The translations under genes and the position numbers were made by a program. A stretch of 64,000 bases of DNA from a bacterium (GTDB lineage Bacteria; UBA8248; JACPRG01; G963555815). The stretch covers positions 4,128,001 through 4,192,000 of the forward strand of contig OZ244653.1 in the NCBI GenBank assembly GCA_965218795.1, given 5' to 3'. The notes under the pieces are model-generated. The model made no database searches, had not been told where the DNA came from, and was given only the letters and a program-made list of their open reading frames with translations. The stretch's first letter is position 1, and each line of letters begins with the position of its first letter. Below, piece after piece: positions 1 through 8,820 of the stretch.

Positions 1-85
1 GGCCATGTCCGCCCCATCGGGGATTTTCGGCCCTGTTGGTCCCGACGGTTTGATTCAGCGATAAGTGCCGGGAAAGCTCCTGTTG

Positions 86-111
86 TCATTCCTGCGCAAG
101 CAGGAATCCAT
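86..111. repeat. REP-like palindrome GTCATTCCTGCGCAAGCAGGAATCCA (single copy)
   Basis: ATTCCTGC-GCAA-GCAGGAAT inverted repeat; the same family recurs at ~29647-29757, ~31381-31466 and ~55553-55694. Confidence 0.8.
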
Positions 112-147
112 TGGATGAAAATACTTGGCGGGTGGGATTTCGGGCGG

Positions 148-1692
148 TTATTTGGCGTCCTTGAGCTTGAACCGGAACCGTCTCGTGGCCCAGAAACTTC
201 GATCGGGTTTCTTGCCGCTGAATTCGAAACGCCAAGTGCGTGCGGACTGGCGGGCCGCGCGGTCAAGCAGTTCATGGCCGGATGATTTGGTGGTCTCGAC
301 CTTCCCGACCCGGCCCGTTGGAAGTATCTCTATCCGAAGGATCACGACCCCTTCCTCGCCGCGCCTCTTCGCTTCCTTCGGGTAATCGGGCTTCTTCCCC
401 TTCAGAATATGGAACTTGGGCGGTCCGCCGGATCCGATCGATTGCCCCAGGGTCGCACGCGGCGGCCGGACCGGGGATATGCCTTTGATCGGTTTCTTCT
501 TCGGATGGGGGCGCACGAGAGAAACCGATGGCTGAGCGATCGCGGTCCTCTTCTTGCTGACGGGCGGGGTTGCTTCCGTTTTGCTGACCGCGACATCGGG
601 GAGAGACTGCGCCGGCTTGCTGACGGGCGGGGTTGCTTCCGTTTTGCTGACCGCGACATCGGGGGGAGGCTGCGTCGGCTTGCTGACGGGCGGGGTTGCT
701 TCCGTTTTGCTGACCGCGACATCAGGGAGAGACTGCGTCGGCTTGCTGACGGGCGGGGGCGCTTCCGTTTTGCTGACCGCGACATCGGGGGGAGGCTGCG
801 TCGGCTTGCTGACGGGCGGGGTTGCTTCCGTTTTGCTGACCGCGACATCAGGGAGAGACTGCGTCGGCTTGCTGACGGGCCGGGGGGCTTCCGTTTTGCT
901 GACCGCGACATCGGGGAGAGACTGCGTCGGCTTGCTGACGGGCGGGGTTGCTTCCGTTTTGCTGACCGCGACTTCAGGGGGAGACTGCGTCGGCTTGCTG
1001 ACGGGCGGGGTTGCTTCCGTTTTGCTGACCGCGACTTCAGGGGGAGGCTGCGTCGGCTTGCTGACGGGCGGGGGCGCTTCCGTTTTGCTGACCGCGACAT
1101 CGGGGGGAGGCTGCGTCGGCTTGCTGACGGGCGGGGTTACTTCCGTTTTGCTGACCGCGACATCGGGGCGAGGCTGCGTCGGCTTGCTGACGGGCGGGGT
1201 TGCTTCCGTTTTGCTGACCGCGACATCGGGGAGAGACTGCGTCGGCTTGCTGACGGGCGGGGTTGCTTCCGTTTTGCTGACCGCGACCACGGGGGGAGAC
1301 TGCGTCGGCGCCTCCGGGGGCCGGTGGGCCGGTTGCTTCCGTGCTCGGGCCACCGCCGGGACCGGCTGCTTCCGGGGGGCCGGAGATATATGCCTTGCCT
1401 CTTCCTTCTTCACCCGCGAAGGGGGAATCAGACGGGCCGGCGGGTTAGAATCCAGGGCCTGGGGCGTGGCTTTTGCGACGCGGGGGGCCGGCAGCGGCTG
1501 TTTCGCTCTCCTGGACTGCTTCCGGCTCTTCCGGACGCCGGTGGAGGCTTGAACGGCGGGCGACATCGGCGTCACCCTGAGCGAAACCTTGACCTCCCGC
1601 TTGGCGGGAGGCGGGTTGGTCAGCCATTCAGCCACCCAGGGAAGCGCCAGGAGGTGGATCCCGGCCGAAAGACCGATCATTTTCCGCATCAT
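148..1692 (-). CDS. tonB: Energy transducer TonB with a long Pro/Ser/Thr-rich tandem-repeat linker
   Basis: N-terminal TM helix with SxxxH (LSAGIHLL); C-terminal TonB domain (PDYPKEAKRRGEEGVVILRIEILPTGRV...SSGHELLDRAA...WRF); directly downstream of a TonB-dependent receptor. Confidence 0.88.
   Translation of the reverse strand: MMRKMIGLSAGIHLLALPWVAEWLTNPPPAKREVKVSLRVTPMSPAVQASTGVRKSRKQSRRAKQPLPAPRVAKATPQALDSNPPARLIPPSRVKKEEARHISPAPRKQPVPAVARARKQPAHRPPEAPTQSPPVVAVSKTEATPPVSKPTQSLPDVAVSKTEATPPVSKPTQPRPDVAVSKTEVTPPVSKPTQPPPDVAVSKTEAPPPVSKPTQPPPEVAVSKTEATPPVSKPTQSPPEVAVSKTEATPPVSKPTQSLPDVAVSKTEAPRPVSKPTQSLPDVAVSKTEATPPVSKPTQPPPDVAVSKTEAPPPVSKPTQSLPDVAVSKTEATPPVSKPTQPPPDVAVSKTEATPPVSKPAQSLPDVAVSKTEATPPVSKKRTAIAQPSVSLVRPHPKKKPIKGISPVRPPRATLGQSIGSGGPPKFHILKGKKPDYPKEAKRRGEEGVVILRIEILPTGRVGKVETTKSSGHELLDRAARQSARTWRFEFSGKKPDRSFWATRRFRFKLKDAK
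555..1309. repeat. Coding tandem repeat, ~12 copies of 63 bp (VAVSKTEATPPVSKPTQ[S/P][L/P]P[D/E])
   Basis: Unit TTGCTGACGGGCGGGGTTGCTTCCGTTTTGCTGACCGCGACATCGGGG... recurs every 63 nt without spacers; 12 VAVSKTE motifs in the protein. Confidence 0.95.
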
Positions 1693-1755
1693 CGGCTTTG
1701 CCCTGAAAGTTCCGGTGATCCCATGAGCGAAACCCGTTACGTTCCCGCGTCGGGA

Positions 1756-3786
1756 TTACTTCTTGGGTTGAGGGCCGAACTCGAGGCGCAGGCCCCCGAA
1801 GGCCGTAATGCCCGGGCTGCTGAAACCGAACGCCTCTTCGTATTCCTGATCCAATAAGTTCTTCGCGAAAAACTCGAGATGGACGGCTCGGACGACTTCC
1901 ATTGTCCAAGGGAGTCGGTAAGCAAGATTGAGGTCCACCCGCTCATACCCCTTCAGCGTGACCCGGGCCGCAGGAAACGTGGAAAAATTCGCGTCCTTCG
2001 AATCACCGACCAGCAGGGCCGATATGTTCCCGTTGAAATTCTTGTAGCGGTAGCCGACGCGGAGGGTCCCCCGGTGCTTGGGCCGTCGAACCATCTGCCC
2101 CCCCGGCGTGAAAACGGCCCCGGCTCCGGCTCCCGCCTTGACCACCTCGGTGTCCGTAAAGGTATAGCTCCCGTTGATCGTCACGCCGTAGCCTGGATGG
2201 AGGGTCGCGGTCGCCTCCACCCCTCTGGCCAGAACCTTCTGAATGTTGAAGAAATTGGGACCGGGGCCGCCGAGGAAGGCGAAGAGGTCCTCAAAGCGCG
2301 TGTAGAAAAACGTCGCGCCGGCCTGGATCTTCCTCCCTTTGAAGTTCTGATCGATTCCCAGTTCGAACCCCCTGGATTTCTCCGGCTCGAGATTCGGATT
2401 TCCGACCGTGCCGCTTCCGCCGAAGACTTGCAGGAAGCTGGGCGACTTGATCCCCTCAGAGTAGCCCGCGCGTAATTTCGTGCCCCACCTTCGAAGCAGG
2501 TACGCGGCCGTGACCTTAGGGTCGGTCGAGTCGCCGAATTTCTCATTGTCGGTAAAACGGACCCCCGGTGTGAGGTAGAGCCGATCGAAAAAAGTGAACT
2601 GGAATTGGGTGAAAACGGCGTAGTTGGTTCGGTCCAGTCCGGTTCGGGAAACCGAAGGGGTTCCGAGAAACTCCGATATGGAGTGGCTCTTGAAGATTTC
2701 GTGTTCGACGGCGAACCCCAGGGTGGGACGGACCGCTGTGGGCTCCGGTTCCCAGGGACCGAAATGCCAGAGATAGTCCGCAGTGACGCGCTCTTCCCGG
2801 GTGTTGGTATCGGAGGAGCCGAAGAGGTCGATTCCCGCATCCTCCGGATCGGCCGAGCGTCGGTTTTCCCTGTTGTAGCCGATTTGAAGCACGTGCTCCC
2901 ACCAGGGAAGAACCAGGGCCTCGACCCGAGGGCTCAAGACGAACCGCTCGGTGTCGGCGAACTGGTTGGGGTCGAGCGGATCGAACCGATCGCCCGCACC
3001 TCCGGTCGGAAAGGCGAACCTGGAATCCGAGTATCGGGTCGATAGTCGCGTCCTGAACCGCTTCCCGACCTTGTGGTCGGCCATCATCGAAACGTTGACG
3101 TTGTGGTACTGGTTGTTCACGCGTAGAAAGCCGTCGGTATGGGTCCCGCCGACGGCCGCGGAAAAGCCGAAATTTCTGTAACCGAACTGGAAGCTGCCGC
3201 CCCCCTCGATGGTCGTGTCGCTCCCTCCACGCAGGTAGGCGTCGGCCCCGGGCGCGCCGCGCCCCTTCCGCGTGAAGATCTGAATCACGGCGGCCATCGC
3301 GTCAGCGCCATAGAGTGCGCTTTGCGGGCCCCTCAGGATTTCGATGCGATCGATATTGTCGGCGGTCAGGTCGGCGAAGTTGAAGAAACCGCCGGAGTTG
3401 TTGACCTTGACCCCGTCGATGAGGACGAGGTTGTGGTCGGATTCGCCGCCCCGGGTGAACACGGAGGTGGCTGACCCGCGACCTCCGTTCTGGACAACAG
3501 CAAACCCGGGGACGTAGCGGAGGGCCTCCGGGACGTCCTGGCCGGTCTCGCGAAGCTGTTCCCCTGTAATGATCGTGACGGAGGCCCCGATCGTTTCGAC
3601 TTTTTTCTGCGTACGCGTGGCCGTGACAATCACCTCCGGCAACGCCGTTTCCTGCTGCGCCACGGCGGTGGGGGTACATCCGATGAAGATGCCGATGAGA
3701 AGCGCGGTGTGCAGACTTGCCTTCTTCAGGAGATTCCGGCTGCCGGAAGGACCGGTCTTTCTACGGGTGGGATGCGGCTTTGACAT
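1756..3786 (-). CDS. btuB: TonB-dependent outer-membrane receptor, cobalamin (BtuB-like)
   Basis: TonB box (EVIVTATR), plug motifs (RGGESDHNLVLIDGV; IDRIEILRGPQSALYGADA), beta-barrel C-terminus; preceded by a cobalamin riboswitch. Confidence 0.88.
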   Translation of the reverse strand: MSKPHPTRRKTGPSGSRNLLKKASLHTALLIGIFIGCTPTAVAQQETALPEVIVTATRTQKKVETIGASVTIITGEQLRETGQDVPEALRYVPGFAVVQNGGRGSATSVFTRGGESDHNLVLIDGVKVNNSGGFFNFADLTADNIDRIEILRGPQSALYGADAMAAVIQIFTRKGRGAPGADAYLRGGSDTTIEGGGSFQFGYRNFGFSAAVGGTHTDGFLRVNNQYHNVNVSMMADHKVGKRFRTRLSTRYSDSRFAFPTGGAGDRFDPLDPNQFADTERFVLSPRVEALVLPWWEHVLQIGYNRENRRSADPEDAGIDLFGSSDTNTREERVTADYLWHFGPWEPEPTAVRPTLGFAVEHEIFKSHSISEFLGTPSVSRTGLDRTNYAVFTQFQFTFFDRLYLTPGVRFTDNEKFGDSTDPKVTAAYLLRRWGTKLRAGYSEGIKSPSFLQVFGGSGTVGNPNLEPEKSRGFELGIDQNFKGRKIQAGATFFYTRFEDLFAFLGGPGPNFFNIQKVLARGVEATATLHPGYGVTINGSYTFTDTEVVKAGAGAGAVFTPGGQMVRRPKHRGTLRVGYRYKNFNGNISALLVGDSKDANFSTFPAARVTLKGYERVDLNLAYRLPWTMEVVRAVHLEFFAKNLLDQEYEEAFGFSSPGITAFGGLRLEFGPQPKK

Positions 3787-3830
3787 GGTCCAGTTCCTTT
3801 CCCCTCGGAAAGAGACACGGGATGCGAAGC

Positions 3831-3990
3831 CGGCGAGGTTTCCTGGCTCACGGATCGTCCTACTCCCCGCGCCTTCCCACCCGAACCGGGCAGTGGCAGG
3901 ATGCGGGTTTCGTCCCCGTTCACAGTTGCGGGGCAGCCGCGGATTTGCCGCTTTTCCGGCTCACCGCGTTCCCTCGTGACGGCACCAGAA
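3831..3990 (-). promoter_or_regulatory. Cobalamin riboswitch upstream of btuB
   Basis: Minus strand reads GGGAACGCGGTG...AATCCGCGGCTGCCCCGCAACTGT...GCCACTG...GGGAAGG...GAGCCAGGAAACCT (canonical B12 element and B12 box). Confidence 0.93.
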
Positions 3991-4002
3991 TGGATCTGAA
4001 GC

Positions 4003-4737
4003 CTAGCAAGGATATCGGGATCGATCAATGCGAGAGGTCGAAAGCGCCTCGTTGTCCGGTCCGGAAGCGGGAAGGAGGTCGGCGAAATAACGGACATCGC
4101 GGAGGACGACCTCACCTGTCTTGACCGGAACGGGGTGTTGAAAGTTCGGGCCGTCGAAGACGAACGAATGGAACTCGCCGTTTTCGCCGCAGGGGTCCAC
4201 GTCCTTTGGGAGGTCCTGGAGCAGAGCCTCATCGATCGGCCGGCCGGCGAACGACTCATCCAGCTTTTGCCCGTCCACGCAGGAAAGGCGCGCCCGGAAG
4301 CCCAGGTCGATGAATAGGCGAGCCAGATCGGCGGTGTTCCGATGCCAAATCGGAAAATGGGCCCGCATCTCGACCTTGGCCAGGTTGGCCTCCCGGTAGG
4401 CCCGCAGGTCTTCCAGAAAGATGTCCCCGAAGGCCACTGTCCGGACGCCCTGTTCCCAGATCTCCAGCATCGTGCGTTTCATGAGAGATTCATAGACTTT
4501 GTTACTGACGTTCCGCCCGGGAAGATAGAGCTTGTGGAGGGGCACCCCGAGCGCCTCCGCCTGGAGGTCCAAGAGTTCGGTCCGGACTCCGTGATGGCTG
4601 ATACGCTCATATTCTTCGGCCACCGTGGTCAGGAGGGAAACCACCCGAAACCGTTCGTCCCGCTGGAGCTCATACAGCGACAGGGCGCTGTCTTTGCCCC
4701 CGCTCCAAGAAAGGACGATCTTTTCCGCCTGTGCCAC
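4003..4737 (-). CDS. Dph6/MJ0570-like ATP pyrophosphatase (diphthine--ammonia ligase family)
   Basis: PP-loop SWSGGKDS, FGDIFLEDLR, DPCGENGEFHSFV; start trimmed to GTG 4737, which has a GGAGGGAG RBS. Confidence 0.85.
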   Translation of the reverse strand: MAQAEKIVLSWSGGKDSALSLYELQRDERFRVVSLLTTVAEEYERISHHGVRTELLDLQAEALGVPLHKLYLPGRNVSNKVYESLMKRTMLEIWEQGVRTVAFGDIFLEDLRAYREANLAKVEMRAHFPIWHRNTADLARLFIDLGFRARLSCVDGQKLDESFAGRPIDEALLQDLPKDVDPCGENGEFHSFVFDGPNFQHPVPVKTGEVVLRDVRYFADLLPASGPDNEALSTSRIDRSRYPC

Positions 4738-4760
4738 CGCCGCTCCCTCCGGTTGCCGAC

Positions 4761-5558
4761 TCAGGGCGTCTTCGCCCCGTCGTCTTGAAGGCTTTCCGGG
4801 ATCACCACGCGGTGCTTTCCATCCTCGAGGACCGAGATAGCGACCCGATAGACCGGGTTCAAGACTTCCGGGCGAAGAATCTCCGCTGGCGTACCCTCGG
4901 CGATCAGGCGTCCCCCGTCCATCAGCAGAAGCCTGTCTGCGAACCGGCCCGCCAGGTTCAGGTCGTGGAGCACGGCGACGACCGATACGTCCGTATGAGC
5001 GCGCGCGCGCTCCAGGAGCCTGAGTGCGTGCTGAAGGTCCTGATCGGCCGTCGGCTCGTCCAGGAGGAGGACGCGCGCCTGCTGGGCCAGCGCCCGGGCA
5101 AAGAACACCCGGCGGCGCTCCCCGCCGGAGAGTTCCGTTACGGGACGGTCGACCCATTCCCCGGCATCCGCTTCCTTCAATGCCGAGTGTGCGATTTCCA
5201 GGTCCCGCGGGGATTCTGCATCCAGCCAGCGGAGGTGAGGGTGCCGGCCCATCAGGACCACGTCAAGGGCGGTGAAGGGGAAATCGACATGGGCTTCCTG
5301 AGGCAGGTAGGCAATGCGAAGCGCCCGTTCTCTGGAGCGGACCGAGAAGATATCCTGACCGTCCACGCGGACGCTGCCCGAGGACGGTTCAAGCAGGCCG
5401 GCCAGACAGCGGAGGAGGGAGGTCTTGCCCGCCCCGTTGGGGCCGATCACGGCGATCAGTTGACCCGGCGGCACCGCGATGCCGACGTCCCGGACGACAA
5501 CGCGATCCCCGAGCGCGGCAGAGATTCCGACGGCGACAAGACCGGGCGCGGCGCTCAT
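4761..5558 (-). CDS. ABC transporter ATP-binding protein (BtuD/FepC family)
   Basis: Walker A GPNGAGKT, signature LSGGERRR, Walker B LLLDEPT, H-loop VLHDLN. Confidence 0.92.
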   Translation of the reverse strand: MSAAPGLVAVGISAALGDRVVVRDVGIAVPPGQLIAVIGPNGAGKTSLLRCLAGLLEPSSGSVRVDGQDIFSVRSRERALRIAYLPQEAHVDFPFTALDVVLMGRHPHLRWLDAESPRDLEIAHSALKEADAGEWVDRPVTELSGGERRRVFFARALAQQARVLLLDEPTADQDLQHALRLLERARAHTDVSVVAVLHDLNLAGRFADRLLLMDGGRLIAEGTPAEILRPEVLNPVYRVAISVLEDGKHRVVIPESLQDDGAKTP

Positions 5559-6577
5559 GCGCGGATCTTCCTTTGCCGCAAGAGCAGGATCAGAAAAGCG
5601 GGCGCCCCCAGCAGCGCCATGATCACGCCGACCCGCACGTCGTACGGCCGAACGAGAATTCGTGATACCCAGTCGGCCAGCACGAGCAGGATGGCGCCCC
5701 CCAGAAAGCTGGCCGGAAGGAGGCGCCGATGGTCCGGGCCCACGATTCCGCGGGCCATGTGGGGGACCATCAACCCCACGAACCCGATGATCCCACTGAA
5801 CGCCACGGCCGCTCCTGTCACCAGTCCGTTGACTCCCAGGAGCAACACGCGAAAACGGCGAACGGGCAGCCCCAAGCTTCGGACCTCATCCTCCCCCAAG
5901 AGGAGAAGGTTCATGGCGCGTCCTGCGGATAGAGACGGGATCGTCCCTCCCAGGACAAAAACCGCCAGCACCCCCACTTCCGTCCAGCTCCGGACCTCCA
6001 GATTCCCCGCAAGCCAGAACAGGATGGCCCGGAGCCCCTCGACCTGGTGGGTGTGCAACAGAAGCAAAGAGATGAGTGCGCCCGCCAGGGAATTGATCGC
6101 CAGACCTGCCAGGAGGAGGACGAGCAGGTGCTCCGCGCGGCGGAGGTGCCCGACGGACAGGACCAGAACGGAGGCCCCCCATCCGCCGATGGCGGCGGCG
6201 ATGGGGATCGTCCACGCTCCCGCGAAGGACAACCCCAAAAAGATTGCCAGAACGGCGAAGAGTCCGCCGCCCGCGGAAACGCCCAGCAGTGCGGGGTCCG
6301 CGAGGGGGTTTCGGAAGGCCGCCTGCATCCAGACGCCGCAGGTGGCCAGCCCACCGCCGATGAGTGCGGCCTTGATCACCCGGGGGAGTCGAATCCGCAG
6401 GAGGATGGCCGCTTCTTCCGGACTGGTCCCGGCGTCGACCGGCAGGCCGATCCCCCAGAGAAGCGTTTTGAGGGATGGGAAAAAACCGATCGTCACGGGG
6501 CCTGAGACGATCCCCAGAAGGAGGGCTCCCGCAAGGATGAGCAGGCCGATCCACGTCACGTGGGTCTGTCGGGTCAT
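5555..6577 (-). CDS. ABC transporter permease (BtuC/FecCD family)
   Basis: RLPR, FRNPLADP, GIIGFVGLMVPH motifs; many TM helices. Confidence 0.92.
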   Translation of the reverse strand: MTRQTHVTWIGLLILAGALLLGIVSGPVTIGFFPSLKTLLWGIGLPVDAGTSPEEAAILLRIRLPRVIKAALIGGGLATCGVWMQAAFRNPLADPALLGVSAGGGLFAVLAIFLGLSFAGAWTIPIAAAIGGWGASVLVLSVGHLRRAEHLLVLLLAGLAINSLAGALISLLLLHTHQVEGLRAILFWLAGNLEVRSWTEVGVLAVFVLGGTIPSLSAGRAMNLLLLGEDEVRSLGLPVRRFRVLLLGVNGLVTGAAVAFSGIIGFVGLMVPHMARGIVGPDHRRLLPASFLGGAILLVLADWVSRILVRPYDVRVGVIMALLGAPAFLILLLRQRKIRA

Positions 6578-7506
6578 GGCTGGACGGCCCGGAGTTTCTC
6601 CGCCAACATGTGGATCGCGCCTGCAGAGCTCGGAGAGACAGACGTCAGAAGGCGGAATGGCATGACGATTTCTTTTGGGGGAGGCCGCCCCGATAGAACC
6701 TGATAGAGCCGCAGGATGTGCGGGTCAACCGGAGAGTAGGAGGTCCGCAGGAGGACGTCCGGTCTCGCCGCCAGCCATTCCTCCGGCGACAGCCGCCCGA
6801 TCCCCTTGATCCTTTCGGAAGCCGCGTTGATACCGCCCGCCCGGACGATCAGGTCGTTGATGATCGTTCCGGTTCCCTGCGAATAGCCGCTGGGGCCCGC
6901 GAACAAGACCCGGGATTTTTTTCGGTTGATGTGTCCATACCGGGCGGATTCACGAAGGACGCGATTCATGTTCCGGATGATCGTCTCTCCCTTCAGGGGC
7001 TCGGCGACCGCGGCGGCAACCTGCCGGACGGACCGCTGCACCCCGTCCATCGAATCAAAACCCGAGATGGCGACGACACGGCACCCGAGGGCGCGGAGGG
7101 CCTCCAGCTTCTCGGGGTTGTTGAACGTGCCGCCCACAATGAGATCCGGCCGCAGGGCGGCCACCTCTTCGACGCTGCGCGCCGTGTGCCTGGGATAACG
7201 CAGGGCCTTATCGGCGACATTCGAGTACGCAGGGTCGTCGGACAGATATGTGAGCCCCGCTACGCGCCCGGGTGGAACCAGGTCAACCAGAATTTCATCC
7301 GTTCCCAGGCTGAGGCTCACGATGCGCCGGGGCTGTTCTCCCGGAGCCGGGCAGACGGGCGGAAGGGATTGGATGTTGCGATAAAGGCCGATAGCCGCGA
7401 GGAGGCAGACGACGGTCGTGGCCGAGAAGCGGACCGTCTTCAGCCGATTTCCGGTGGGGGACCGTAACGCATTCTTCGGGCTTTTGAGAGCGGCTGCTGG
7501 AGGCAA
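6574..7506 (-). CDS. Periplasmic cobalamin-binding protein (BtuF-like)
   Basis: PRRIVSLSLGTDEIL, EEVAALRPDLIV, AGGINA, PDVLL; start uncertain. Confidence 0.85.
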   Translation of the reverse strand: MPPAAALKSPKNALRSPTGNRLKTVRFSATTVVCLLAAIGLYRNIQSLPPVCPAPGEQPRRIVSLSLGTDEILVDLVPPGRVAGLTYLSDDPAYSNVADKALRYPRHTARSVEEVAALRPDLIVGGTFNNPEKLEALRALGCRVVAISGFDSMDGVQRSVRQVAAAVAEPLKGETIIRNMNRVLRESARYGHINRKKSRVLFAGPSGYSQGTGTIINDLIVRAGGINAASERIKGIGRLSPEEWLAARPDVLLRTSYSPVDPHILRLYQVLSGRPPPKEIVMPFRLLTSVSPSSAGAIHMLAEKLRAVQP

Positions 7507-7547
7507 TTTCCTGTTCCCTTCCCCTCGGAAGAAGGATCAGGCAGGAC

Positions 7548-7718
7548 CGGTGAGGTCTCCTGGCTTACGGATCGCCCGACTTCCCGCGCCTTCCCGCCCT
7601 TGACGGGCAGTGGCCTTGCGCCGGTTGGCCGTTGCGGGCTTCGTCCCCGTTCACAGTTGCGGGGCAGCCGCGGATTTGCCGGTTTTCCGGCTCACCGCGT
7701 TCCCTTGCGCCGGTCCTT
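7548..7718 (-). promoter_or_regulatory. Cobalamin riboswitch upstream of the btuF-like gene
   Basis: Minus strand GGGAACGCGGTG...AATCCGCGGCTGCCCCGCAACTGT...GCCACTG...GGGAAGG...AAGCCAGGAGACCT. Confidence 0.93.
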
Positions 7719-7762
7719 GCAAAATTTTCGATCAACGGTTCAGCGAGGCGGCAGGTCTCCTG

Positions 7763-8329
7763 TTATCCATGAGGGTCTTTTTGCGTTTCCGGCCCCGGAT
7801 CATCCGGAGGGAGACCGAGATGAACTTCGCGGAGCTGATTCCACAGGGCGAGCTTTGACCAGTCGGGCTTTTGACGCTTCATGTCGCCCGTATAGTAGGG
7901 GTTCGGCAGGAAGAAAGAGATCATTTGCTCGTCCTTCCCGTTCCAGAGACGGATCCCCCAGGAGGTCGGCGCTCCTTCATCGTTCAGGTAGCGGAAGAAG
8001 GCCGCCCTGCCTACCTGCCGCCACTGGGCAAGCTCCGGCGGCGCCGGCTTGGTTTTCGTGCCCTTGTGCGGTCCGATGCATAGGTGGAAGTGCCATGATC
8101 CCAGGTCCACCGTCATGTACCCGTCCAGCATGCCGATCCGGGGTTTATTGTCCCCGGCGTGAAACTCGAATACAGCGCCTTGAATGCAGGGACCGAAATG
8201 AAACTGATCCCAGTGATTCTCAAAGAGGTCGCGGAGGAGTCGCTCGAGTGTTTCCGAATCCGGCTCGAAATCAGTGAATTCCACTTCATACCCATCCGGG
8301 TTCGCCTCAATCGTCGTATGAACACCCAT
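7763..8329 (-). CDS. Uncharacterised soluble protein, first gene of the B12 operon
   Basis: 188-aa ORF with globular composition (FGPCIQGAVFE, LDGYMTV, WHFHLCIGPH, SWGIRLWN, LPNPY); has its own riboswitch; no signal peptide. Confidence 0.8.
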   Translation of the reverse strand: MGVHTTIEANPDGYEVEFTDFEPDSETLERLLRDLFENHWDQFHFGPCIQGAVFEFHAGDNKPRIGMLDGYMTVDLGSWHFHLCIGPHKGTKTKPAPPELAQWRQVGRAAFFRYLNDEGAPTSWGIRLWNGKDEQMISFFLPNPYYTGDMKRQKPDWSKLALWNQLREVHLGLPPDDPGPETQKDPHG

Positions 8330-8407
8330 GGCGGCTTCCTGAGGGGAAGGATATGCCCCTGTTGTCCTCCTGCTTCTTCCCCTCGGAAGGCGGGGGTCGC
8401 AGGCATG

Positions 8408-8575
8408 ACCGGGTGCGGTTTCCCGGCTTACGGATCATCCTAACTTCCCGCCCTCGATCGGCAGTGGCAATGGGCCCTGTAAGCCCCTGGGGGTTTCGTA
8501 ACCGTTCACAGTTGCGGGGCAGCCGCGGTTCCGCAGGCGCCCGGCTCACCGCGTTCCCTCACCCGGTATGGGATC
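8408..8575 (-). promoter_or_regulatory. Cobalamin riboswitch (5'-most, slightly divergent)
   Basis: Minus strand GGGAACGCGGTG...AACCGCGGCTGCCCCGCAACTGT...GCCACTG...GGGAAG...AAGCCGGGAAACC. Confidence 0.88.
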
Positions 8576-8582
8576 GCATCGA

Positions 8583-8611
8583 ATGGTACTGACCCTTTCG
8601 GATGCTGTCAA
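8583..8611 (-). promoter_or_regulatory. Sigma70-type promoter of the B12 operon
   Basis: TTGACA(8611-8606)-N17-TACCAT(8588-8583), directly upstream of the 5'-most riboswitch. Confidence 0.7.
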
Positions 8612-8820
8612 ACGGGGGATGGGTGCGTCAGAGAAAGCCTTGTCTCTCCAGGGCGGGAGGTCACCGCTTTGGAGGGCCGGGAGCGGCAGATTGCGACCGC
8701 ACGGGAACGATGGCCGGGGAATTGGATTGCAGAGAGAATACTGTACAATTCCCGTGACCGGCATTGGAACCGATGGATAACCCCAGAGGGGTGAATCTCC
8801 GACTCGAGAGGAGTTGCATC

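Noticed and set aside
555-1309. Possible CRISPR array
   Set aside because: Units are contiguous 63-mers without unique spacers, in frame inside tonB; no cas genes
402-1857. Long alternative-frame ORFs (409..1857+, 554..1552+, 402..1100-)
   Set aside because: Shadows of a stop-free GC-rich repeat; only the tonB frame has recognisable domains
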